In this document: positions 53,292-63,187 of the stretch, one piece after another
Layout: each line of letters begins with the position of its first letter
Position numbering within the stretch: position 1 is the stretch's first letter
Source of the DNA: an uncultured Verrucomicrobiae bacterium
GTDB lineage: Bacteria; Verrucomicrobiota; Verrucomicrobiia; Chthoniobacterales; Terrimicrobiaceae
Length of the DNA: 64,000 nt
Assembly: GCA_963706955.1 (NCBI GenBank)
Contig: CAVPOC010000007.1
Location: 1-64,000 of the forward strand
Reading direction: 5' to 3'
Program-made: the position numbers and the translations under genes
The notes under the pieces: generated by a model
Told to the model about the DNA's origin: nothing
What the model saw: only the letters and a program-made list of their open reading frames with translations
Databases searched by the model: none

Positions 53292-54758
53292 ATGATCAAG
53301 TTCCCCCTACAAGACTCGGATCTCTTCCGGCAGCAGGCCTACATCGGGGGGAACTGGTGCGACGCGGAGAGCGGCGCGACTATCGAGGTAAACAATCCAG
53401 CCACTGGAGAGATCCTGGGCACAGTTCCGCGCATGGGGGCGAACGAAACCTGGCGCGCCATCGAGGCGGCCAAGGATGCCTTTGCCGACTGGAGTCGAAG
53501 ACCGGCGAAGGAGCGAAGCAACCTGATGCGGGGTTGGTACGATTTGATCATGGCCAACGTGGACGATTTGGGAGCCCTGATGACGGCCGAGCAAGGCAAG
53601 CCGCTCGCTGAAGCCAAGGGAGAAGTTGCCTACGCGGCCTCCTTTATCGAATGGTTCGCCGAAGAAGCCAAGCGGGTCTACGGAGATACGATCCCGTCGC
53701 CGTGGAAGGACCGCCGACTCGTCGTGATCAAGCAGCCCATTGGAGTTTGTGCAGCCATTACACCGTGGAATTTTCCAGCGGCGATGATCGGTCGAAAAGC
53801 TGGCCCGGCGCTCGCCTCGGGATGTACCATGCTTGCCAAGCCGGCTGAATCCACACCGTTTTCCGCCTTGGCCCTGGCGGTGCTTGCTGAGCGAGCCGGC
53901 ATCCCGGCAGGCGTCTTCAACGTTCTCACCGGGGAGGCCAAAGAAATTGGCGGGGAGATGACCTCCAACTCGGATGTCCGCAAGATCACCTTTACCGGAT
54001 CAACGGAGATCGGCCGTTTGCTCATCAAGCAAAGCGCCGACACCATCAAGAAGCTTTCGCTAGAACTCGGAGGCAATGCACCGTTTATCGTCTTTGACGA
54101 CGCTGATCTCGACGCCGCGGTCGAGGGAGCAATTATTTCCAAGTACCGCAACGCCGGGCAAACCTGTGTTTGCGCGAACCGTATTTATGTTCAAGCCGGC
54201 GTTTATGATGCCTTCGCTGAAAAACTCGTGGCGGCGGTTGGAGAGCTGAAGGTTGGCAATGGATTTGACCCCGAGGTTCTCCAGGGACCGCTGATCGATT
54301 TTGCCGCCGTCGAGAAGGTTGAAGATCATATTCAGGATGCCGTCGCCAAGGGAGGCCGAGTTCTCCTTGGTGGCAAGCGACATGCCCTGGGTCAGACCTT
54401 TTTCGAACCCACCGTTCTCAGCGAGGTAACTTCCCAGATGAAGGTTGCCCGCGAGGAGACCTTCGGCCCTCTGGCGCCGCTTTTCCGCTTCGAGAGCGAT
54501 GAAGAAGGCATTCAGATGGCCAACGACACCGAATTTGGTCTGGCGAGCTACTTTTACAGTCGAGACATCGGCCGCGCGTGGCGAGCCGCGGAAGCGTTGG
54601 AGTGCGGTATGGTCGGCATCAATACGGGACTGATTTCCAATGAAGTCGCCCCGTTCGGCGGAGTTAAACAATCGGGACTTGGACGCGAAGGTTCTCACTA
54701 CGGCATGGATGACTTTTTGGAAATAAAGTACCTTTGCTTCGGCGGCCTCGAAACGTGA
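53292..54758 (+). CDS. gabD: NAD(P)-dependent succinate-semialdehyde dehydrogenase, copy 2
   Basis: Intact 488-aa ORF with the ALDH motifs; near-identical protein to copy 1. Confidence 0.93.
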   Translation: MIKFPLQDSDLFRQQAYIGGNWCDAESGATIEVNNPATGEILGTVPRMGANETWRAIEAAKDAFADWSRRPAKERSNLMRGWYDLIMANVDDLGALMTAEQGKPLAEAKGEVAYAASFIEWFAEEAKRVYGDTIPSPWKDRRLVVIKQPIGVCAAITPWNFPAAMIGRKAGPALASGCTMLAKPAESTPFSALALAVLAERAGIPAGVFNVLTGEAKEIGGEMTSNSDVRKITFTGSTEIGRLLIKQSADTIKKLSLELGGNAPFIVFDDADLDAAVEGAIISKYRNAGQTCVCANRIYVQAGVYDAFAEKLVAAVGELKVGNGFDPEVLQGPLIDFAAVEKVEDHIQDAVAKGGRVLLGGKRHALGQTFFEPTVLSEVTSQMKVAREETFGPLAPLFRFESDEEGIQMANDTEFGLASYFYSRDIGRAWRAAEALECGMVGINTGLISNEVAPFGGVKQSGLGREGSHYGMDDFLEIKYLCFGGLET

Positions 54759-54823
54759 ACGTCCACTCTCACGAAGGCGTGGCCACCTCGCTCAGCGGGA
54801 CGTCGAAGCAAAGCGCGACCATC

Positions 54824-55666
54824 ATGAACAACCAACGGCGGACAAGGCGACTTGCCAAGACTTCCCGCGCGGAGCCGCCGTTGACCATGGACGAACGCCG
54901 CGAAACCATTGTCGACTTCTTAAAAAAGGAAGCTAAGATCAGCGTCGAAGAGCTCTCCGGTAGACTTAAGGTTAGTCAAGTCACGATCAGAAAGGACTTG
55001 GACAGCCTCGAGAAGCGAGGACTGATCGAGCGAAGTCATGGGAACGCCATCTTTTCGCAGCAGAGCCGATTTAATATTGCCTTCCTCGAGAAGCTGCAAA
55101 TGCAAGCGCGGGAGAAGGACCTGATTGCCAAGGTTGCCGCCAGCTACGTTCACGAAGGAGATTCGATCATCCTGGACTCGGGAACAACCACCCTCTCGCT
55201 GGCGAAGGCTTTGGTCGGAAGGTTCAAATCCCTCTTCGTCATTACTAACTCAGTTCCGGCCGCTCTGGAATTAACCAAGGCCGGATACGATCTTCTCTTG
55301 GTCGGCGGGCAGGTGCGTAAACATAGTTTGTCGCTCCTCGGCCCTTGGGCGGTCAAAAATCTCGAAAGCTATCATGTCGACCGAGCATTTATGGGAACTT
55401 CGGGCATCACCCTGGCACATGGATTTAGCACCCCCGATTCATTGGACGCTCAGATGAAACAGACAATGATCCGGATTTCCGATAAGGCTTATGTTCTCAC
55501 AGATTCGTCGAAGTTCGGTCACAATTGCATGGTTAGTTTCGCTAAGTGCTCAGAGATCCATCTAACACTTACGGATTCGCGCCTTCCGCAAAGGCTTCTC
55601 AAGGAATTTAAGCAACAGGGAGTCGATATTCGGATTGTCAGCGCCAACTCCAACTCTGAGCATTAG
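54824..55666 (+). CDS. DeoR/GlpR family transcriptional regulator
   Basis: VSQVTIRKDL HTH, LDSGTTT, ITNS, DSSKFG. Confidence 0.92.
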   Translation: MNNQRRTRRLAKTSRAEPPLTMDERRETIVDFLKKEAKISVEELSGRLKVSQVTIRKDLDSLEKRGLIERSHGNAIFSQQSRFNIAFLEKLQMQAREKDLIAKVAASYVHEGDSIILDSGTTTLSLAKALVGRFKSLFVITNSVPAALELTKAGYDLLLVGGQVRKHSLSLLGPWAVKNLESYHVDRAFMGTSGITLAHGFSTPDSLDAQMKQTMIRISDKAYVLTDSSKFGHNCMVSFAKCSEIHLTLTDSRLPQRLLKEFKQQGVDIRIVSANSNSEH

Positions 55667-56108
55667 TTATGCAAAAGCTTAGAACACCATCTGGGATTGG
55701 CGAAGCTGCCCCGTCTCCACAAGCGTTCGACGCCAGGTCGAGAAAGTCACTGCCACGAAATCGACCGCGCCGTCTCTTACACGGAACTGCCGTGGCCGGT
55801 CCCGAGCCGCTCGCCGGGCCCGTTTCGTCTCTGATTTTTCACACCCTGAAGCTCTTCCCGATGAACCTTCAATTAGCGCCGCGCAATATTAGCTCGGCGG
55901 CATTTTTCACCATTATATTCTTGCATAGATGAAATCGATGGCTTACGAGTCCCCCCAGAGGCTAGCTGAGCAGCGATCGGCCGCCGGGCATGTGTCCCCG
56001 GGAGTCGAGAGCTGGTCTTCAGTCTTTCAACAAGAAAGTCCCCAGGAAATCACAAACACTTACCCGCCCGCAGAGTCCGGGCGTTTACACTGCAGGAGAA
56101 TACACCAA

Positions 56109-57029
56109 ATGAAACGCTTAGTAATGGCCCTGGCCGCTATCGCCCTTATGATGACTGCCGCGATCGCACAGAACGTCGGAGTGTCGATGGCTTATTTCGA
56201 CGACCTTTTCCTCACCAATCTTCGTGAGGCGATGTCGGCACAGGCAAAGCAAGCAGGAGTAAAGCTTCAATTCGAGGACGCCCAAGGCGACATCGGCAAG
56301 CAACTCAGTCAGATTCAAAACTTCATCGCCCAGAAGGTCGATGTGATCGTGGTCAACCCCGTCGATAGCTCGGCGACCGCTCAGATGACCAAACTGCTCA
56401 AAGATGCGAAGATCCCGGCGGTTTACGTGAATCGGCAGCCGCTCGAGCCGCTCGATCCTAATGATCCGATCGTCTATGTGGGCTCGGACGAAAACGTGTC
56501 AGGGAAGCTCGAGGGTGAGGCAATCGCCAAACTTCTTAAGGGCAAAGGCAATGTCGTCATTATGATGGGCGAGCTCGCCACCCAGGCGGCCGCGCTGCGC
56601 ACCGAAGGCGTCGAAAAGGTCTTCGCCCAACACCCTGAGATAAAGGTCGTGCAAAAGCAGACCGCCAACTGGCGCCGCAACGAGGCCATCGACCTCATGA
56701 ACAACTGGCTGGTGGCGGGCACCAAGATTGATGCGGTCGCCGCGAACAACGACGAAATGGCCATCGGAGCTATTATCGCTTTGCAACAGGCGGGCAAGGA
56801 TCCGAAGAGCATGGTTATCGGCGGCGTTGATGCGACTACTGACGCCCTCAAAGAAATGGAGAAGGGCAATTTGGCAGTGACCGTTTTCCAAGATGCCAAG
56901 GGGCAAGGCAAAGCGGTGGTTGATTCTGCCGTCAAGCTCAAGAAGGGCGAAAAGTTCGAGTCTCCTTACGTCTACATCCCCTTCCAATTGGTTACACAGG
57001 AGAACTACAAGGAGTTCCTGAACAAGTAA
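56109..57029 (+). CDS. Sugar (inositol-type) ABC transporter substrate-binding protein
   Basis: AGGAG RBS, signal peptide MKRLVMALAA, FEDAQ, VNPVD, VYVNR, NNDEMAIGA. Confidence 0.92.
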   Translation: MKRLVMALAAIALMMTAAIAQNVGVSMAYFDDLFLTNLREAMSAQAKQAGVKLQFEDAQGDIGKQLSQIQNFIAQKVDVIVVNPVDSSATAQMTKLLKDAKIPAVYVNRQPLEPLDPNDPIVYVGSDENVSGKLEGEAIAKLLKGKGNVVIMMGELATQAAALRTEGVEKVFAQHPEIKVVQKQTANWRRNEAIDLMNNWLVAGTKIDAVAANNDEMAIGAIIALQQAGKDPKSMVIGGVDATTDALKEMEKGNLAVTVFQDAKGQGKAVVDSAVKLKKGEKFESPYVYIPFQLVTQENYKEFLNK

Positions 57030-57038
57030 GGCTGTTTA

Positions 57039-57064
57039 GCTGCGCCGCCGCAAGGCGGCGCAGC
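57039..57064 (+). terminator. Strong intergenic hairpin (mRNA stabiliser or terminator) after the SBP gene
   Basis: GCTGCGCCGCC-GCAA-GGCGGCGCAGC: 11-bp perfect stem, GNRA loop, no U-tract. Confidence 0.65.
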
Positions 57065-57102
57065 CTCCTGCGCTCATCAACATCTAAACGGAGAGTTACG
57101 CC

Positions 57103-58662
57103 ATGTCGCCCTCAGCTCCTCAGGAACCTTTCAACGCGACCCAAGTTGCAGGGGTGGTGTTGCCGGACGCTCCTTACCTCCTTGAGGCCGAGGGGGTCCG
57201 TAAAGAATTCCCGGGCGTCGTCGCGCTCGATGGAGTCAGGCTGCAGATTCGTCCGGGAACCGTCCATGCGTTGATGGGTGAAAATGGCGCCGGCAAATCG
57301 ACGCTGATGAAGATCATCGCCGGCGTTTATCAGCCGGACACCGGGGAAATTCGCCTGAAAGGCAAACCGGTAAAACTCACGACGCCCCTGGCCGCGCTGG
57401 ATGCGGGAATCGCAATGATTCACCAGGAGTTGAACCTGATGCCTTACATGACCGTGGCCGAAAACGTCTGGATTCGGCGCGAGCCGATGAAGGGCCTCGG
57501 ATTTATGGACTTCGTGGATCATGCGGAGATGCGCCGAATGACCGAGCATCTGTTTCGCCGCTTGAACATCGACATCGATCCGGAAATCGAAGTTCGGTAT
57601 CTTACGGTTGCCAATCGGCAGATCGTCGAGATTGCTAAGGCGGTCTCTTTCGAATCCGACATTCTGATCATGGATGAGCCCACTTCCGCGCTGACCGAGC
57701 GCGAAGTCGAACATCTCTTCGCGATCATTGCGGACCTCAAGGCCCATGGCGTCGGTATCGTCTACATCACCCACAAGATGGATGAGGTCTTCGAGATTGC
57801 CGACGACGTCTCCGTCTTCCGCGATGGTCGCTACATTGCCACTCATCGGGCGAAAGACATCAACCGTGAGATCCTGATAAAAGAAATGGTCGGTCGCGAC
57901 CTCGACGCCATGTTCCCCAAGGAAATTGTCCCGATCGGCGACGTGGCTCTCTCGGTGAAGAACCTTACGCTTGAGGGCGTTTTTCGTGATATCTCCTTCG
58001 ACCTCCGCAAGGGGGAGATTCTGGGTTTAGCCGGGCTGGTCGGGGCAGGGCGAACCAACGTCGCCGAGACGATCTTCGGAGTTACCCCAGCCACCGGAGG
58101 AGAGATCTTCGTCAATGGCAAGAAATTGGTCGTTGATTCTCCGCACACGGGCATGCACGCAGGAATGGCGTTCTTGACTGAGGACCGCAAGGACACAGGT
58201 TGCTTCTTGGTCCTCTCCGTGCTTGAGAACATGGAAATCGCAGTCCTGATGGACCGCTACGTCAAGGGTGGATTCGTCAACCAGGCGGACGTAAATTCAG
58301 AATGCGAAAAGCTTAAGAGCGTTCTTAGAATCAAGACGCCCAATCTCCATGAACGCATCGAGAACCTGAGCGGTGGCAATCAGCAAAAAGCTTTGATTGG
58401 ACGCTGGCTGCTGACTACGCCGAAGATCCTGATCCTCGATGAGCCCACCCGCGGGATCGACGTGGGGGCTAAAGCTGAAATCCACAGGTTGATCTCGAAG
58501 CTGGCCGGGGAGGGTCTCGCGGTGATTATGATTTCTTCCGAAATGCCGGAAATCCTTGGAATGAGCGATCGAATTATGGTGATGCACGACGGCCACGTTA
58601 CCGGTTTTCTGGACCGAGCCGAGGCCGATCAGGTCAAGATCATGCACCTCGCCTCCGGCTGA
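57103..58662 (+). CDS. Sugar ABC transporter ATP-binding protein (RbsA/MglA type)
   Basis: [36 protein letters not shown]. Confidence 0.95.
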   Translation: MSPSAPQEPFNATQVAGVVLPDAPYLLEAEGVRKEFPGVVALDGVRLQIRPGTVHALMGENGAGKSTLMKIIAGVYQPDTGEIRLKGKPVKLTTPLAALDAGIAMIHQELNLMPYMTVAENVWIRREPMKGLGFMDFVDHAEMRRMTEHLFRRLNIDIDPEIEVRYLTVANRQIVEIAKAVSFESDILIMDEPTSALTEREVEHLFAIIADLKAHGVGIVYITHKMDEVFEIADDVSVFRDGRYIATHRAKDINREILIKEMVGRDLDAMFPKEIVPIGDVALSVKNLTLEGVFRDISFDLRKGEILGLAGLVGAGRTNVAETIFGVTPATGGEIFVNGKKLVVDSPHTGMHAGMAFLTEDRKDTGCFLVLSVLENMEIAVLMDRYVKGGFVNQADVNSECEKLKSVLRIKTPNLHERIENLSGGNQQKALIGRWLLTTPKILILDEPTRGIDVGAKAEIHRLISKLAGEGLAVIMISSEMPEILGMSDRIMVMHDGHVTGFLDRAEADQVKIMHLASG

Positions 58663-58727
58663 TTAATGGACCCAAGTCGGACGAATCAGGATAACGCAGC
58701 AATACCGATGAAATTGGAGGAACAGTA

Positions 58728-59774
58728 ATGAGCAACGAGGTCAAAACTCAGGTGGGCCAGGAGGTAAGTGCCACTGCGCCTCCGGAACGAAAACGAGAGG
58801 GCCGTAAGCTGCCCGCCGAAGCGGGCATACTGTTCATTCTGATCGGTATTGCGGTGCTCTTTGAAATCATGGGCTGGGTCTTTAAGGGTGACACGTTTCT
58901 GTTCAATCCCCAGCGGCTGTTTATCATCGTTCTTCAGGTTTCGGTCGTTGGCTTGCTTGCCATTGCGGTGACCCAAGTGATTATCACGGGAGGCATCGAT
59001 CTATCTTCCGGATCTGTCCTGGCGATCTCCGCAATGGTCGCGGCAAGTTTCGCTCAGACGCCTGAGAACACCCGTGCCGTTTATCCAGCGCTAACCAATC
59101 TCCCCTTCGTAATTCCACTGCTCGCGGGTTTATGCGTGGGTATTTTAGCGGGATTAGTTAACGGCAGCTTGATTGCTAAAACAGGGATTCCTCCTTTCAT
59201 CGCGACCCTCGGCATGATGGTGGCGGCCCGTGGACTTGCGCGGGCTTACACCGGGGGCCAACCCGTCAGCATGCTTTCTCCAAAGTTTACCTGGATCGGA
59301 TCCGGGTACATGCCGGTGATTATTTTCCTGGTGACCGCGCTCATATTCCACATTGCGCTGAAGTATACCCGATACGGTAAATTCACTTATGCCATTGGAG
59401 CGAACCCGCAGGCGGCGCGCGTCTCTGGTATCAATGTCGGGCGCCATCTGATCGTTGTTTACTCGATTGCGGGCCTGCTTTCAGGACTCGCCGGAGTCGT
59501 AACTGCAGCTCGCGCGTCCACTGGTCAAGCAGGCATGGGACTGGGTTATGAACTCGATGCCATCGCTGCAACCGTCATCGGCGGCACGAGCCTTACTGGT
59601 GGGATTGGCCGCATCGGCGGGACCGTCATCGGCATGGTGATTCTCGGCATCATGACGAGCGGATTCACGTTTCTCGGTGTAGACGTCTATTACCAGGATA
59701 TCGTGAAGGGCGTGATCATCGTCGCTGCGGTCTCCGCCGACATGTATCGCCAGCGCAAGCGCAGGAAGGCTTAG
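58728..59774 (+). CDS. Sugar ABC transporter permease
   Basis: [44 protein letters not shown]. Confidence 0.95.
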   Translation: MSNEVKTQVGQEVSATAPPERKREGRKLPAEAGILFILIGIAVLFEIMGWVFKGDTFLFNPQRLFIIVLQVSVVGLLAIAVTQVIITGGIDLSSGSVLAISAMVAASFAQTPENTRAVYPALTNLPFVIPLLAGLCVGILAGLVNGSLIAKTGIPPFIATLGMMVAARGLARAYTGGQPVSMLSPKFTWIGSGYMPVIIFLVTALIFHIALKYTRYGKFTYAIGANPQAARVSGINVGRHLIVVYSIAGLLSGLAGVVTAARASTGQAGMGLGYELDAIAATVIGGTSLTGGIGRIGGTVIGMVILGIMTSGFTFLGVDVYYQDIVKGVIIVAAVSADMYRQRKRRKA

Positions 59775-59869
59775 CCTCGAACGATTCTGCGGCAGCCGCT
59801 GCACTCGCCGGAGTGGGCAGGCGCGTTCGCGAATGACTTGTCTTCGACCGAGCAACGCACGATCCATCT

Positions 59870-61036
59870 ATGCCAGCTAGTCTTCAGAGAAAAGTAAGAG
59901 TGGGAATGATTGGGGGCGGACCGGGCGCATTCATCGGCGGCTCGCATCGGATCGCCATGCGTCTCGATGATCGCTATCAACTCGTCGCCGGTGTCTTCTC
60001 GCGAAATCGTGAAAAGTCCCTGGCCGCTGCACGCGAGCTCGGGATTTCTGAAGATCGCGTCTACCCAGATTATGAAACCATGGCCACGCGCGAGACGGAA
60101 CGCGAGGACGGAGTCGATGCGGTGGCCATTGTCACGCCGACCGACAGTCACTACAAAATCGCGAAAAAGCTGCTCGAAGCCGGGCTCAATGTAATTTGCG
60201 ATAAGCCCCTCTGCCTCTCGGTGGTGGAAGCAAGGGAATTGCAAGCTCTCGCCGAAAAGGGCGAACTAATTCTTTGCCTGACGCACAACTACTCGGGTTA
60301 CGCCATGGTGCGCCACGCTGCGCGCCTGGTTCGAAATGGCGACCTCGGAGAGGTCAAGATGGTTCAAGTGGAACACGCTTCCGGTTGGGCAGCCAAGCTA
60401 CTGGAAAAACAGGGCCACACCCAGGCTGCCTGGAGAATGGATCCAGCCTTGGGTGGCGAGGCGAGCGTTCTCTACGATTTGGGAACCCACGCGCATCAGT
60501 TGGCGCGCTTTATAACAGGTCTGGAAGTTTCGGAAGTGGCCGCTGAATTGAGCAAAGTGGTTGCCGGTCGGGAGATCAATGATAACGCCAACGTGCTTTT
60601 GCGCTTTACGAACGGCGCTCGCGGTAGCCTCTGGGTAACGATGGCCGCAGTCGGCAACGAACACGGACTTCGTATTCGTGTCTATGGAGAACGCGGCAGC
60701 CTCTTCTGGCATCAAGAGGACCCTCACCATCTGCTCTTCTCCCCGATCGACGGCCCCCCACGGATTCTCGCGCAAGGCGCCGAATGGCTTTCCCCAGATG
60801 CCGCCAAATGGACCCGCGCAGGTCTTGGGCATCCGGAGGGCTTTTTCGAAGCGTTCGCCAACCTCTACACCGAGGTTGCCGACGCCTTGCTCGCCAAAGC
60901 AGAAGGGCGGCCAGTCGCGAAAGCAGAGTTGGGATTTCCCGACGCTTCCGATGGCCTCAAAGGGGTCGCCTTTGTCGAGGCGGCGATGCGCTCTTATGCG
61001 GCTGGGGGCGCATGGACTGCGTTAGAAACCAACTAA
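59870..61036 (+). CDS. Gfo/Idh/MocA family oxidoreductase
   Basis: GMIGGGPGAFIG, CDKP, DLGTH, GHPEGFFEAF; paralogue of 36237-37394. Confidence 0.92.
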   Translation: MPASLQRKVRVGMIGGGPGAFIGGSHRIAMRLDDRYQLVAGVFSRNREKSLAAARELGISEDRVYPDYETMATRETEREDGVDAVAIVTPTDSHYKIAKKLLEAGLNVICDKPLCLSVVEARELQALAEKGELILCLTHNYSGYAMVRHAARLVRNGDLGEVKMVQVEHASGWAAKLLEKQGHTQAAWRMDPALGGEASVLYDLGTHAHQLARFITGLEVSEVAAELSKVVAGREINDNANVLLRFTNGARGSLWVTMAAVGNEHGLRIRVYGERGSLFWHQEDPHHLLFSPIDGPPRILAQGAEWLSPDAAKWTRAGLGHPEGFFEAFANLYTEVADALLAKAEGRPVAKAELGFPDASDGLKGVAFVEAAMRSYAAGGAWTALETN

Positions 61037-61053
61037 AAACTAATACTCGCAAT

Positions 61054-62049
61054 ATGCTTAAAATAGCCGTCATCGGAGCTGGTTTTATCGGCTCGGTCCA
61101 CGCAAAGAACGTCGCCCGCCATCCTGGGACGCAATTGGTCGCTGTCAGCGATGTAAATTTGGAAGCCGCCAAGAAGCTGGCCGCGACGACCGGTGCGAAG
61201 GCAGTGGGCGACCCCGCCGAGATCTTCAGCGACAAGGAGGTGGAGGCCGTCTTTATTTGTTCCTTAACAAGCACGCATGTTGACTTTCTGAAACGATCAG
61301 CCGAATCCGGCAAAGCCGTTTACTGCGAAAAGCCGATCGGTTTGGATTACCAGGAAGCGGTCGAGGCGGTGAAGGTCGTTCGAGCGGCCAAAGTTCCCGC
61401 CATGCTAGGCTTCAATCGAAGGTTCGATCCCAACCATGCAGCCCTGCAAGATGAAGTGAGGCGTGGCGAAGTCGGTAAGTTGGAGATAATCCAAATGACC
61501 TCGCGCGGACCGAGCCTGCCGGCAATTAGCTATCTGGCGACCTCAGGCGGGCAGCTCAAGGACCAAACCATTCATTTTTTCGACCTTCTGCGGTGGATTA
61601 CCGGTGATGAAGCAGAAGAGGTGTATGCTATCGGAGCGGCCATGGTAGATCCACGAGTGGCCGAAGTTGGCGATGTCGACACGAGCATCTTGGCAATTCG
61701 AATGGAATCGGGAGCGCTTTGCCAGATCGACTCCGCGAGACGCACCGGCTACGGATACGATGAGCGCATCGAAGTCTTCGGATCAACCGGAATGGTGGAG
61801 TCGCGACGCCAGCGGGCGCGAGGAGTTTCGCGCTATGTCGGCGACAAAGTCATCGACGATGGTCTGCACGCAGGCTGGTTCGAAAGAATAGAACAAAGCT
61901 ACTTTCAAATACTCGACGCCTTCGTCGATGCCCTCGCGAACGGGACAGAACCGAGTCCATCACTCGAGGATGGCTTGAAGGCTCAGTTGCTGGCGGACAA
62001 GGCGACTGAATCTCTCAAAAGCGGCAAGCCGGTAAAGGTTCAGGGATAA
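61054..62049 (+). CDS. Inositol 2-dehydrogenase-like Gfo/Idh/MocA protein
   Basis: MLKIAVIGAGFIG, CEKP, GFNRRFDP, DQTIHFFD, YGYDERIE. Start reassigned to 61054. Confidence 0.88.
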   Translation: MLKIAVIGAGFIGSVHAKNVARHPGTQLVAVSDVNLEAAKKLAATTGAKAVGDPAEIFSDKEVEAVFICSLTSTHVDFLKRSAESGKAVYCEKPIGLDYQEAVEAVKVVRAAKVPAMLGFNRRFDPNHAALQDEVRRGEVGKLEIIQMTSRGPSLPAISYLATSGGQLKDQTIHFFDLLRWITGDEAEEVYAIGAAMVDPRVAEVGDVDTSILAIRMESGALCQIDSARRTGYGYDERIEVFGSTGMVESRRQRARGVSRYVGDKVIDDGLHAGWFERIEQSYFQILDAFVDALANGTEPSPSLEDGLKAQLLADKATESLKSGKPVKVQG

Positions 62050-62079
62050 CAGCGAAAGCATTCTCGCGCGCAGAACAAT

Positions 62080-63040
62080 ATGAAATTATGTGCCGTATCG
62101 GAGAGTTTGGGGCACCTTGGATTTGAAGAGGCTGCCAAAGTTTCGGCGGAACTCGGACTAGCAGGCTTGGAGATCGGCACCGGTAACTGGAATGCCGGTC
62201 ATCACGTCGATCTTGCAGGCATTGCTGGAAAGCGCTGATGAGAGACGAAAGTTCCTCTCGGTGTTTGAGCGGAACGGCTTGGCGCTCTCGGCGCTCAATT
62301 GCAATGGCAATCAGCTTCACCCCGTGGATGGTGAACGGCAAAGCAAGGTGGTTTACGACACCCTGCGGGCTGCCGAACTGCTCGGAGTCAAGTCAGTTGT
62401 GCTGATGTCCGGCTTGCCAGCCGGCGGACCGAAGGATGTCAGACCGAACTGGGTCACTTGCGCATGGCACCGGGAGAACTTGGAAATTCTTGAGTGGCAA
62501 TGGAACGAAAAGTTACTGCCTTACTGGAGCAAGCTGGCGGCGGCGGCTAAGGACGCCGGTGTGAGGCTTTGCATCGAACTCCACGGGCATCAACTCGTCT
62601 ACAACGTTCCCACTTTGCTCAAACTGCGGAAAGAAGTGGGCGATATCGTCGGCACTAATTTGGACCCCAGCCATCTCTTTTGGATGGATGCCGATCCACT
62701 GGTCGCGATCGACGCACTCGGCGACGCCATTTACCACGTCCATGCAAAGGACACCTTCATGAACAGGCCAGCTCTCGACCTGACGAGCCGCCTGGAGACC
62801 ATCCCACACGAGAAGGTCAAGGAGCGCTCCTGGAGCTACATCACTCTTGGTTACGGGCACGATGAAAAATGGTGGCGGGAGTTTTGCTATCGTCTTCGCC
62901 TGAATGGATATGATGGGTGGCTCTCCATCGAACACGAGGACATCGTGCTTTCGCGCATGGATGGGATGCGAAAGTCAGTCGATCTTCTCAAGCGCACCAT
63001 GATCGAGGAGAAGAGCGACTACGCGCTGCCCGAAAGCTAA
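62080..63040 (+). CDS. Sugar phosphate isomerase/epimerase TIM barrel; frameshift near 62210
   Basis: MKLCAVSESL...LEIGTGNW from ATG 62080 joins LNCNGNQLHP, IELHG, DPSH, HAKD, SIEHED. Confidence 0.85.
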
Positions 63041-63075
63041 AGCCGATACAAGAGACAGAGCGTCTCAACGCGCCC

Positions 63076-63132
63076 TGTAGCGGCGATGTCCTCATCGCCG
63101 AGGTCTCCGCCGGTGGGGACACCGCCGCTACA
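63076..63132. repeat. GTAG-type REP-like palindromic element (opposite orientation)
   Basis: TGTAGCGGCGATGTCCTCATCGCCG...GGGGACACCGCCGCTACA between convergent genes. Confidence 0.8.
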
Positions 63133-63187
63133 ACAACAAAGCGACGTCTTTCGCAAAGGATCTTGCGGCTGCTTTGCTCGGCAACGG

